Below are positions 9,609 to 19,805 of a stretch of 64,000 bases of DNA, piece after piece. The stretch is from an uncultured delta proteobacterium (GTDB lineage Bacteria; Myxococcota; Kuafuiibacteriia; Kuafuiibacteriales; Kuafuiibacteriaceae): assembly GCA_963803435.1 (NCBI GenBank), contig CAWDML010000004.1, positions 160,001-224,000 on the forward strand, written 5' to 3'. The position numbers and the translations under genes were made by a program. Numbering within the stretch: position 1 is the stretch's first letter; the number at the start of each line of letters is the position of its first letter. The notes below the pieces were generated by a model. The model saw only the letters and a program-made list of their open reading frames with translations, was not told the DNA's origin and made no database searches.

Positions 9609-10301
9609 CTACGCCGGCGCTTGGGCGGTGAGGGACTGGTAGATGCGACCCTGGTTCTTGACCGCCTGGTAGACCATCACGAACCCGTTCTTGGCCCCGG
9701 GCACCGAGCCGCGCACCAGCACGATGTTGTTCTCGAGGTCGATCTTCGCGATCCGCAGGTTCTGGACGGTGACGCGCTCGTTGCCCATCTGTCCCGGCAG
9801 GCGCTTGCCGCTGTGAACCTCGCCGGGCGTGGTGCGGCAGCCGATCGATCCGACGTGACGGAAGACCTCGTGGGTACCGTGCGTCCGCTGCTTGGCGCCC
9901 TTCATGTTGTGCCGCTTCATGACGCCCTGGAAGCCCTTGCCCTTGGAGATGCCGACGGCGTCGATGTACTCGCCCTCCTTGAAGAGGTCCGCCTTGAGCG
10001 CCTGGCCCACCTCGTACCCGCCGATCTCGGCGTCCTCGATGCGGAGCTCGCGGAGCACCCAGCAGGGCTTGAGGTCGTGGCGCTTGAAGTGTCCGGCCAT
10101 CGCCTTGTTGACCTTGCGGTGCGCCTTCTCGTCGAAGCCGAGCTGGATCGCGTTGTAGCCGTCCTTGCTGTCCTTGGTCTTCTTCTGCACGACCGTATTC
10201 GGGCCGAGCTGTAGGACCGTGACCGGGATGCGCTGACCGTCCTCGTCGAAGATCTGGGTCATGCCAATTTTCTTGCCGATGAGGCCCATCCTCGTTGCCA
10301 T
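9609..10301 (-). CDS. rplC: 50S ribosomal protein L3
   Basis: GLIGKKIGMTQIF, GYNAIQLGF, SKGKGFQGVMKRH, GQMGNERVTVQNL and VRGSVPGAKNG; AGGAGG RBS upstream. Confidence 0.97.
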   Translation of the reverse strand: MATRMGLIGKKIGMTQIFDEDGQRIPVTVLQLGPNTVVQKKTKDSKDGYNAIQLGFDEKAHRKVNKAMAGHFKRHDLKPCWVLRELRIEDAEIGGYEVGQALKADLFKEGEYIDAVGISKGKGFQGVMKRHNMKGAKQRTHGTHEVFRHVGSIGCRTTPGEVHSGKRLPGQMGNERVTVQNLRIAKIDLENNIVLVRGSVPGAKNGFVMVYQAVKNQGRIYQSLTAQAPA

Positions 10302-10382
10302 AGCCTCTTCCTCCTTCTGGCTCCGGACCGGGTTGGCTCGCCTTTGAGCGCCTCGGCGGCATTCGGAGCGTTCGAGCCGCGG

Positions 10383-10411
10383 ACCTTCCTTGGGGAGAGC
10401 GGGCGAGTCAA
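10383..10411 (-). promoter_or_regulatory. Candidate sigma70-type promoter for rplC-rlmE
   Basis: TTGACT-N17-GAAGGT on the minus strand, about 80 nt upstream of rplC. The -10 match is weak. Confidence 0.35.
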
Positions 10412-10436
10412 CAAAAACCGCTTGTTGCGGCCCGAC

Positions 10437-12002
10437 CTACCGGGCTTCCACGGGGCCCAGGACCGGCGCGAAGTCGGGCTCCAGCGCCAGGCGGACCCAC
10501 CAGTCGTCGACCGAGAAGAAGCTGTTGTTGCTGGTGTTGGCGTTCGTGCTGACGAAGCGGAAGTGCAGCGCCGGCGCGTCGAAGGCGGGCACGAAGCGGA
10601 TCCGCGTGCGCTGCCACCACTGGATGGCGTCGGGGGGGAAGCGCCAGCCGTTCACGGTCCGGTTCTGGTTGTCCGTATCCTGGAACGTCAGGGTGCCGTT
10701 CGGGACGAAGCCGGAGAAGGCGGTCGGGTCCAGATCCGTGGTGTTGTCGAACTGGTCGTTCACCGGGCCGTAGGAGAAGTAGGTGATGTCGGCGGCGCCG
10801 TCGATGGTCCGCCCGGCCAGCCAGGCGCTCATGTCGTAGGTCAGGTTGGCGCCCGGTGCCGAGTCGAGGCCCGCCAGGTTGGGCGTCGCCAGGGTGGCGC
10901 GGCTGAGGTTCGAGGCCGAGCGATCGATCGCGCAGTAGGCTCCGAACGGCCCGTTGTTCTGGTCGAAGATGACCTCGAACGGCCGATCGATGTTGCAGTG
11001 GACCCAGTTGCTCGCCACGTACCAGTTGTTGGCGACCGGGTTGAAGAAGCGCTCGGCAAACTGGAAGACGCCGTCCGACACCTGGAGCGCGGCGCCAGGG
11101 TCGCCGGAGTACAGCACCAGCGGATCGGTCTCGGAGCCGCCGATCGGGAGATCGCGCACCAGCCGGGCCACGATCACCAGCTGATCGGTGCCCAGCGCGA
11201 AGCGATCGCTCCACTGATGCTCGAGGCGATCCGGGCCCTGATAGACGGCGAGATCGGCGCCGTCTGCGGCCAGCGCGGTGCTCGAGGTGAGCATCGACGC
11301 GTGGGGGACCGGGATCTCGATGGTGACCCCGGCCGGTGCGACGACCGCGTTGTTGGGCAGGATCAGCCGTCGGAATCCGAACGCGCCCTCGAAGGGGCCG
11401 AGCCCCGAATCGGCCACGCCCGCGTCCTCGGCGCCCGCGTCCTCGACCCCGGTGTCGCCGGCATCGGCGCCGCCGTCGACGCCGGTGTCCACGCCCGCAT
11501 CCATGTCGCCGCCGTCCGGGAGCGATGCATCCTTGATCAGGTCGCCGCCGTCGGTGAGGCCGCCGTCCGCTGGCGTCTCGGTCGACGTCTGGGCGGGAAC
11601 GAAGAAGGCCTCGTCCAGGCGGGCGATCAGATCGGTCCCGTCGAGCAGTGCGACGTCGTAGCGCTGGTTGCCCGGCAGTCGATCGGAGAGCTCGACGTCG
11701 GCGTACACGACACGGGGCGATTCGACCGTCACTCCATCGATGCGTTTGATCACGCTCTCTCCACGCGCGATTTGCAGCGACATCGGTGTGGGCGCGACCT
11801 GGCCCTCTCGCTTGGCGACGTTGAACGTCACCGATTTCAGGCCGAATCCCCGCCCGGTGACCTTGAGTCGGAAGGAGACGGTGGTGACATCGCCCTCGGG
11901 CTCGACGCCGTCAATCGACGGCTGGGTCGCTTTGGTATTGGGGCACCCTGCGACCAGCGAGAGCAGGAAGGAGAACAGCAACGCCGGATGTTTCCGGCTC
12001 AT
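10437..12002 (-). CDS. Lipoprotein with DAG-rich linker and possible DUF2341-like domain
   Basis: MSRKHPALLFSFLLSLVAGC lipobox, Asp/Gly low-complexity linker, and an FRRLI...DGADLAVY segment resembling DUF2341 (inference). Confidence 0.65.
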   Translation of the reverse strand: MSRKHPALLFSFLLSLVAGCPNTKATQPSIDGVEPEGDVTTVSFRLKVTGRGFGLKSVTFNVAKREGQVAPTPMSLQIARGESVIKRIDGVTVESPRVVYADVELSDRLPGNQRYDVALLDGTDLIARLDEAFFVPAQTSTETPADGGLTDGGDLIKDASLPDGGDMDAGVDTGVDGGADAGDTGVEDAGAEDAGVADSGLGPFEGAFGFRRLILPNNAVVAPAGVTIEIPVPHASMLTSSTALAADGADLAVYQGPDRLEHQWSDRFALGTDQLVIVARLVRDLPIGGSETDPLVLYSGDPGAALQVSDGVFQFAERFFNPVANNWYVASNWVHCNIDRPFEVIFDQNNGPFGAYCAIDRSASNLSRATLATPNLAGLDSAPGANLTYDMSAWLAGRTIDGAADITYFSYGPVNDQFDNTTDLDPTAFSGFVPNGTLTFQDTDNQNRTVNGWRFPPDAIQWWQRTRIRFVPAFDAPALHFRFVSTNANTSNNSFFSVDDWWVRLALEPDFAPVLGPVEAR

Positions 12003-12115
12003 GGGCGCGCGGGGTGGTGGCGGGGTGGGGGGTCGCACAATCACACCTTCGGGAGACCCAGGGCTCGTTGCCGCTTCGATGTCCCGAATGCTAATTTAAC
12101 TCGTTCCGCAATGTA

Positions 12116-13393
12116 ATGCGTCGCCGTCGAAGACATCAGTGGGGCTCCTCCGTTCTCCTCGCATCCTTGCTGTTCTCGGCGCTCGTCCATCTCAGCGTCG
12201 GCATCCCCTTCCGAGATTTCGTCAATGATTACCTCGGTTCGGCACGGCCGCCCTCCAACAATCCGGTGAGGGTCGTCCGCCTCTCGGCGGAACAGTGGGA
12301 GAAGAACCGAGGTACCTTCAAGAATCGGCAGCTCCCGCAGTTCGAGACAGCCGAGGAGAAGGCGCGGGCGGAGCTCGAGAAGAAGAAGCTCGAGGAGAAG
12401 AAGAAGAAGGAGGAGGACCGCTTGCACGGTCAGGTCGTCGAAGTCGCGCCCTCCAAGGACGACTCGCCGAACCCGGAAGCGAAGTACCTCTCCAAATACA
12501 ACACGCACGTCGACAAGGAGACGACCGCGCGTCCCGAGGATCGGGATCCGAATCTCAAGCGCGTCACCAACAAGCTTCAGACCACCGAAGTCCAAGGCAA
12601 CCCGGAGCGCGCCATCCAGACGCCGGGTCTGGCGATGAAGGGCGACGGCGCCCAGGAGACTCCGGGCAAGGCGGGCGAGGGCGACCACAAGGGTCAGAAG
12701 CGCTTCGTCCTCGAGGTGCCCGACATGAAGCCGAAGGAGGGGGTGAAGCTCAAGCTCTCCAATCTCCCGGGGACCTCGCAGCGCCTGGCGAACCGGGAGG
12801 GGACCGACGCGCTCAACGGCAACTCGGATCGCCTCCACCTCGAGATGGGCGACGGCCTCGACGAGGGCGGCGGCGAGAACGGCAAGAAGGCGGGCACCGA
12901 GAACGGATCGGAGAAGAAGCTCCCCGACATGGCGTCGCTGGTTCCGACGATCGGGACGGTCGCACGCATCAGCGGCTCGCCCTCGCGGGATCACGTGGAC
13001 GGCGTTCCGGAGGGTGACGGCACCTTCCTCAACACCAAGGAGTTCAAGTACGCGACCTTCTTCTATCGAGTGCGCGACAGCGTCGCGTCGTTCTGGGAAG
13101 ACCTGGCGGCGGCCGAGTACCGGCGTCGCGATCCGACGGGCAACATCTACGGCATTCGCGATCGATCGACGCTGCTCCGGATCCAGCTCACGCGCGACGG
13201 GCGGCTCGACCAGGTCCGCGTCGAGCAGACGAGCGGCGTCGACTTCCTCGACAATGTCGCAGTGCAAGCGTTCAAGATGGCCGAGCCCTTCCCCAATCCT
13301 CCACCCGGGATCGTGGACGAGGACGGGTCGATCCGCTTCAACTTCCAGTTCGTGGTGACGATGCGCTCGCGCGGCCCGTTCGACTTCCGCTGA
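12116..13393 (+). CDS. TonB family protein (N-terminal anchor, charged linker, TonB C-terminal domain)
   Basis: SALVH TM anchor and C-terminal SGVDFLDNVAVQAFKMAEPFPNPP. Confidence 0.85.
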   Translation: MRRRRRHQWGSSVLLASLLFSALVHLSVGIPFRDFVNDYLGSARPPSNNPVRVVRLSAEQWEKNRGTFKNRQLPQFETAEEKARAELEKKKLEEKKKKEEDRLHGQVVEVAPSKDDSPNPEAKYLSKYNTHVDKETTARPEDRDPNLKRVTNKLQTTEVQGNPERAIQTPGLAMKGDGAQETPGKAGEGDHKGQKRFVLEVPDMKPKEGVKLKLSNLPGTSQRLANREGTDALNGNSDRLHLEMGDGLDEGGGENGKKAGTENGSEKKLPDMASLVPTIGTVARISGSPSRDHVDGVPEGDGTFLNTKEFKYATFFYRVRDSVASFWEDLAAAEYRRRDPTGNIYGIRDRSTLLRIQLTRDGRLDQVRVEQTSGVDFLDNVAVQAFKMAEPFPNPPPGIVDEDGSIRFNFQFVVTMRSRGPFDFR

Positions 13394-13402
13394 GCTCAGA
13401 GC

Positions 13403-13798
13403 TCACTCGCTCTCTTCCTCGAGAAACTTCTCGTAGTCGGACGAAGACATCAGGCCGTCGACCTCGGTGGTGTCCTTGAGCTTCACCCGGATCATCCAGC
13501 CGTCGTCGTACGAGTCCTCGTTGAGGTCCTCGGGGGCCTCGATGACGTCGTCATTGCGCTCGGTAACCTCGCCGGTCACCGGGGAGAACAAATCGGAGAC
13601 GGCCTTCACCGACTCGACCACGCCGAACGGCTGCCCCGCCGCCACCTGCTCGCCGGGAGCCGGGAGCTCGCAGTAAACGATGTCGCCCAGGGCGTCCTGC
13701 GCGTGCCAGGTGATGCCGATGGTGGCCACGTCGCCGTCGACGAGGCACCACTCGTGGTCTTTGGTGTAGAGCAGGTTCTCCGGAAAATTTCGTCCCAT
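13403..13798 (-). CDS. gcvH: Glycine cleavage system H protein
   Basis: YTKDHEW, GITWHAQDALGDIVY and lipoyl motif VESVKAVSD. Confidence 0.96.
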   Translation of the reverse strand: MGRNFPENLLYTKDHEWCLVDGDVATIGITWHAQDALGDIVYCELPAPGEQVAAGQPFGVVESVKAVSDLFSPVTGEVTERNDDVIEAPEDLNEDSYDDGWMIRVKLKDTTEVDGLMSSSDYEKFLEEESE

Positions 13799-13804
13799 GG
13801 CGTG

Positions 13805-14566
13805 TCAGCTCTTCTCGCTCTTCTCGAGTTTGGCCCGCGAGCCGACCCGGTCGTAGATGAAGGCGGGCACCGCCGTCAAGAGCTTGGCGCCCAGCCACGT
13901 CTGCCAGGGAAACGCATAGACACGGCGGCCGCGCGCGATGGCGGTGAGGATCTTGAGGGCCGCGACGTCGGCGGGCATCAAGAAGGGCATCCGGAACTTG
14001 TTTCGCTTGGTCAGCGGTGTGTCGATGAATCCGGGACGGATGTCGGTCACGATGATCCCCGTCCGGAACAGGTCGACGCGGATGGACTCGAGGAACGTCG
14101 AGAGCGCCGCCTTCGACGCCGAGTAGACGGCGCTGGTGGGGAGCCCGCGATAGGCCGCCAGACTCGAGACGCCCACCAGATGCCCGCGGCCGGCCTCGAT
14201 CATGTGGGGGATGGCCGCGGTGAGCGTGACGCACGCGCCCACGATGTTGGTCTGGAGCATCGCCACGACCTGCTCGATCCGCAGCTCGGGCGCGGGCCGG
14301 TTGCCGCCGAAGCCGGCGTTGGCGATGACCAGATCGAGCGAGCCGAGCGCGCGCTTGGCCTCGTCCACGACCTCGCGCGCGCGGTTCGGATCCGACAGGT
14401 CGGCCTGGATCGGGATCGCGTCGATCGATCGGGCCGTCGTCTCCAACTGCTCGCGACTGCGCGCGCAGATGGCCACGCGCGTGCCGCGTCGCCGGAGCTC
14501 GGTGGCGAGGGCGGCCCCGATTCCGGTCGAGCCTCCCGTGATCAGCGCCGTCTGCCACTCTTTCAT
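13805..14566 (-). CDS. Short-chain dehydrogenase/reductase
   Basis: TGGSTGIG, ANAG and YSASK motifs; ATG at 14566. Confidence 0.9.
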   Translation of the reverse strand: MKEWQTALITGGSTGIGAALATELRRRGTRVAICARSREQLETTARSIDAIPIQADLSDPNRAREVVDEAKRALGSLDLVIANAGFGGNRPAPELRIEQVVAMLQTNIVGACVTLTAAIPHMIEAGRGHLVGVSSLAAYRGLPTSAVYSASKAALSTFLESIRVDLFRTGIIVTDIRPGFIDTPLTKRNKFRMPFLMPADVAALKILTAIARGRRVYAFPWQTWLGAKLLTAVPAFIYDRVGSRAKLEKSEKS

Positions 14567-14568
14567 GA

Positions 14569-15662
<1,094 letters not shown>

Positions 15663-15666
<4 letters not shown>

Positions 15667-16511
15667 TTCCGCCTCCGCTCAGCCGCGGTCACCGTGTTGT
15701 CGAGCAGCAACGCGATCGTCATCGGACCCACGCCGCCCGGCACGGGCGTGATCGCGTGCGCGCGCTCCTTGGCGGCGTGGAAGGCCACGTCCCCCACCAG
15801 CTTGCCCGCCTCGTTTCGGTTGATCCCCACGTCGATGACCGTCGCGCCGAACTTGATCCAGCGACCCTGGACCAGCTCGCGCTTGCCGGCGGCGGCGATC
15901 AGGATGTCGGCCGAGCCCACGACCTCGTCGAGGAACCGCGTGCGCGAGTGACAGACGGTGACGGTCGCGTGCCGGTTGATCAGCAGATCCGCGACCGGCC
16001 GGCCCACCAGCCGCGAGCGGCCGATCACCACCGCGCGCTTGCCGGCGATCGTCGTGCCCGCCTCCTCGATCAAGCGGATGCAGCCCCGCGGCGTGCAGGG
16101 GAGCAGACACCCCTCGTCGCCGCGCGCCAGGCGTCCCGCGTTGATGGGATGGAGCCCATCGACGTCCTTCTCGGGGGCGATCGCGCGGATGACCTCCTCC
16201 TCGATGTGCTGTTTCGGCAAGGGAAGTTGCACCAGGATCCCGTCGACGTCCTCATCCTGGTTGAGCTGTGCCACCAGGGTGAGCAGATCCCGCCGCGGTG
16301 TTGCCGGATCGAGTGTGTGCTGGGTGGTCTCGATGCCGACCTCGGTGGCGGCCTTTCCCTTGTTCCGGACGTAGATCGCGCTGGCGGGATCGTCGCTGGC
16401 GAGGACGACCGCGAGGTGAGGCTTGGCTCCAGTCCGCTGGGCGAGCGCGAGGACCTTCTGCTTCACGTCGGCCCGCACGCGTTCGGCGAGCGCTTTGCCG
16501 TCGATGATCAC
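15663..16511 (-). CDS. folD: Methylenetetrahydrofolate dehydrogenase/cyclohydrolase FolD
   Basis: IIDGKALA, GILVQLPLP, KDVDGLHP, PCTPRG and PVPGGVGPMTIA. Real start is GTG 16511 inside the long ORF 15663..17894. Confidence 0.95.
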
Positions 16512-16640
16512 GCGCGCCTCATCGTATGGGCGTGTCCCGAGGGTCAAGCGAAGGCCTGCGATCCCGCGCACGGTCCGCAGTCGAGTCGAACCGCGTCTGT
16601 AAGCGATTACTCGGGCCTCGGTCGCGACAATCCGGGGGCC

Positions 16641-17129
<489 letters not shown>

Positions 17130-17285
17130 CGGCGTCGCGGAGCTCTTTGATGCCGACGACCAAGGGCGCGTCGTTCGAGCGCGGCCCGAAGGACAGGATC
17201 GCCCTGCGCACCCGCAAGAACCGCTGACGCGCCCGCGAGGGCGTGACATCCGGCGCACCCCCTGCCAGCGTTCGCGCGGCGGCCG

Positions 17286-19436
17286 ATGGTCCAGCCCAAG
17301 CAGTTGATCGGCGGGCTCGCGCTGGCGGCCTGGGGCCTCTTCTCGGCATGGGCGCTGGGCCGCTACGCCGAGGCCTACCCGCTCTTCACGACCTGGCCGA
17401 GCCACCTCGAGACCAGCGCGCTCGACTGCCTCCAGGGCTCGCACGCCCACCTGCTCGAGAACCTTCGGGCGATGGCGCACGCACTCGCGACCTTCGCCGC
17501 GATGGTCGGCGTCGTGATCGTTCTGGGTGTGTCGATCGAGCGGCCGCTCGCGCTCTCGCTCGCCGGTGCCGAGCGGTGGTTGATGCGGATCGGGCTCGGC
17601 GCTGCGGCGCTGCACACGATCATGTTCGCCTCCGGCGTGGCCGGTCTCTGGTATCCGAAGGTGATCTTGGGGGCGGCGATCGGGACGCTCCTCGCCGGCG
17701 TCTGGCTCTGGGGGAAGGCGGGCCGGCCGCTCCCGCGGCTCGCGGAGGCGGGCGCCTATCTGTATCGCCGCCCGTGGACGCTCATCGCGCTGGGGCTGAT
17801 CGTGCTCGCCGCGATCGAAGGGCTGGCGCCGGAGACCGGCGGAGACGCGGGGCTCTATCACGTGGGCGTGCCGAGCACCTGGCTGGCCGACCACCAGATC
17901 ACGTTCCTGCGCGACCGCTACGTCGCGAATCTCCCGCTGCCGCAGTCGATGTTCTATGCGTTCCTGATCGCGATCGGTCCCGCGGACGCGGCCGGGCTTT
18001 TCCAGCCGGCGATGCTCCTGGTGGCGGCGCTGGCGCTATCCCGGACCGTCGAGCGCTACGTCGATCGGCCGCGCTTCCCGCTGGAGATCTGGGCGCTCCT
18101 CGCCACGCCTGCCCTCAACGGATACCTCGCGATCAGCGGCAACGATCAGCTCACGATCGCGTTCTTCGCGCTGGGGCTGCTCTTCGGACTTCGAGCTGTC
18201 GAGAGCCCGTCGCCCGACGTGCGCGGGTTCGCGATCGCGCTCTTCTTCGTCGGCTTCGGCATGTCCGCGAAGTACACCGCGATCCCCCACGGGCTGCTCC
18301 TGGTGGCGTTCCTCTCCATCCAGTGGGTGCGGCGGCGCGGTCCCGAGCGCGCGGTCGCCGCCGGCCTGCTCCTCTTCGCGGCCCCGTTCTCGCTGTGGGC
18401 GGTCAAGGCCTGGCTCTACACCCACAACCCGGTCTATCCGGCGCTCGCCGGGGTGTTCGGCCACGAGCACGCGGATCCCGACGGGATCGCGATGGCGTTC
18501 GCGTCGAACGTGCCCCGGATCCACGGCCTCTTCGAGCACCTGACATTCCTCTATCAGACGACCATGAAGGCGCCCGCGTTGATGCACAACGCTGGGCCGC
18601 ACTGGCTGATCCTGATCCCCGTGGCGCTGGTCGTCGGTGTCCGGAGGGACCGGCGGACGTCGCTCTTGGCCGCGAGCGCGCTGGCGTGCGGGTGGCTGGT
18701 CTGGTCGCTCCTCTACATGAGCGCGCGCTACTCGGCGCCGCTGTTCGCGATGACCGGCGTGGCGATCAGCGTCGTGCTCAACGCCGCCGCCGCCGATCGA
18801 CCGCGCCTGGGACCGCTCGGGCTGATGCTGCTCGCCGCCGGCATGCTCTGGACCACGGCGATGGCGTGGGCTTACCGTCACGACGTGGTCCGCCCGTACA
18901 CGTATCTCTGCGGCGCGTACGACGCGGTCGGGTACACGTTCGAGCAGGATCTCCAGATGACCGCGTTTCCGGAGCGGCCGATGCTGGCGTTCCTCGATCG
19001 CACGCTGGATCGACGGCACGATCGCGTCCTGCTCGTGGGCGAGGATCGGACCGGCGATCTCCGCATCCCGCACATCGCTGGCACGCGCTACGATCGACCG
19101 ATCTTCGAGGCCTACCTCGCCGGCGCCGCTACCGCGGCCGAGGTGCGCGAGAACCTGCGGCGCGACGGCGTCACCCACCTCGCGGTCAACGTCGGGCTCG
19201 GCTCGCTGTTCGTGAAGTCCGGCTATCCGATCCTGGCGGTCGCTCCCGAAGAGAGGGCGCTCTGGTCGGAGGTCTGCACGCGATGGATCGACGTGATCGA
19301 GCGCCGCCGTCACGGCGAGGAGGACTGGCTGGTGGGACGGCTCCGCGATGCGCCCGCCTCGGAGCCCGTCCCCGATCTCATGGGCCTGATCCGGGCGCGG
19401 GCTACACCCGGCGAAGGCGGCGGTCGAGGAAGATGA
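17286..19436 (+). CDS. Polytopic membrane protein, probable GT-C fold glycosyltransferase (PMT/ArnT-like)
   Basis: More than 12 hydrophobic segments, a loop motif DAGLYH, plus KYT and NPVYP motifs seen in GT-C-like proteins. Confidence 0.65.
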   Translation: MVQPKQLIGGLALAAWGLFSAWALGRYAEAYPLFTTWPSHLETSALDCLQGSHAHLLENLRAMAHALATFAAMVGVVIVLGVSIERPLALSLAGAERWLMRIGLGAAALHTIMFASGVAGLWYPKVILGAAIGTLLAGVWLWGKAGRPLPRLAEAGAYLYRRPWTLIALGLIVLAAIEGLAPETGGDAGLYHVGVPSTWLADHQITFLRDRYVANLPLPQSMFYAFLIAIGPADAAGLFQPAMLLVAALALSRTVERYVDRPRFPLEIWALLATPALNGYLAISGNDQLTIAFFALGLLFGLRAVESPSPDVRGFAIALFFVGFGMSAKYTAIPHGLLLVAFLSIQWVRRRGPERAVAAGLLLFAAPFSLWAVKAWLYTHNPVYPALAGVFGHEHADPDGIAMAFASNVPRIHGLFEHLTFLYQTTMKAPALMHNAGPHWLILIPVALVVGVRRDRRTSLLAASALACGWLVWSLLYMSARYSAPLFAMTGVAISVVLNAAAADRPRLGPLGLMLLAAGMLWTTAMAWAYRHDVVRPYTYLCGAYDAVGYTFEQDLQMTAFPERPMLAFLDRTLDRRHDRVLLVGEDRTGDLRIPHIAGTRYDRPIFEAYLAGAATAAEVRENLRRDGVTHLAVNVGLGSLFVKSGYPILAVAPEERALWSEVCTRWIDVIERRRHGEEDWLVGRLRDAPASEPVPDLMGLIRARATPGEGGGRGR

Positions 19437-19590
19437 GCGCGGCGGCGACCACCGCGACCAGCAGCAGGACCGAGTGCTCGGGCTCGACGAGATAATGGGC
19501 GACGGAGCTCGGAGGCGTGCTCCCGTGTCCGGGGTGGGCCAGCGCCAGCGAGGGCACGAGCATCGAGAGGGTGATCAACCAGGTCTTCAT
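19402..19590 (-). CDS. Small His-containing membrane protein resembling the HupE/UreJ N-terminus
   Basis: GAGGAGG RBS; signal peptide ending ALA, then HPGHG, HYLVEPEH and one TM helix. Last gene of the hydrogenase operon. Confidence 0.65.
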   Translation of the reverse strand: MKTWLITLSMLVPSLALAHPGHGSTPPSSVAHYLVEPEHSVLLLVAVVAAALIFLDRRLRRV

Positions 19591-19601
19591 CGCGAACCTC
19601 C

Positions 19602-19793
19602 TCAAGCCGGGGAGAGCAGCGGGCTCTTCGGGTCGATGGGCCTTCTCGCACGCGGATTGATCCCCGTCGAGCGCTTTACCGCCTCACGGTCTTGCGAGCC
19701 GGGCTGATTGCCCTCGTGAACGCCCCGGACGTGAGAGGGGAGCGACGGCGAGGTCTCGGGTCTTCCCACGGTGATGTTCGATTGGGTTGGCAT
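19602..19793 (-). CDS. Small protein downstream of the hydrogenase large subunit
   Basis: AGGAG RBS, tightly packed in the operon. The SHVRGVHEGN...RSTGINP...PIDP..P.LSPA pattern resembles small ORFs I recall from group 1h loci. Confidence 0.65.
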   Translation of the reverse strand: MPTQSNITVGRPETSPSLPSHVRGVHEGNQPGSQDREAVKRSTGINPRARRPIDPKSPLLSPA

Positions 19794-19805
19794 GTCTCGG
19801 TTCTC

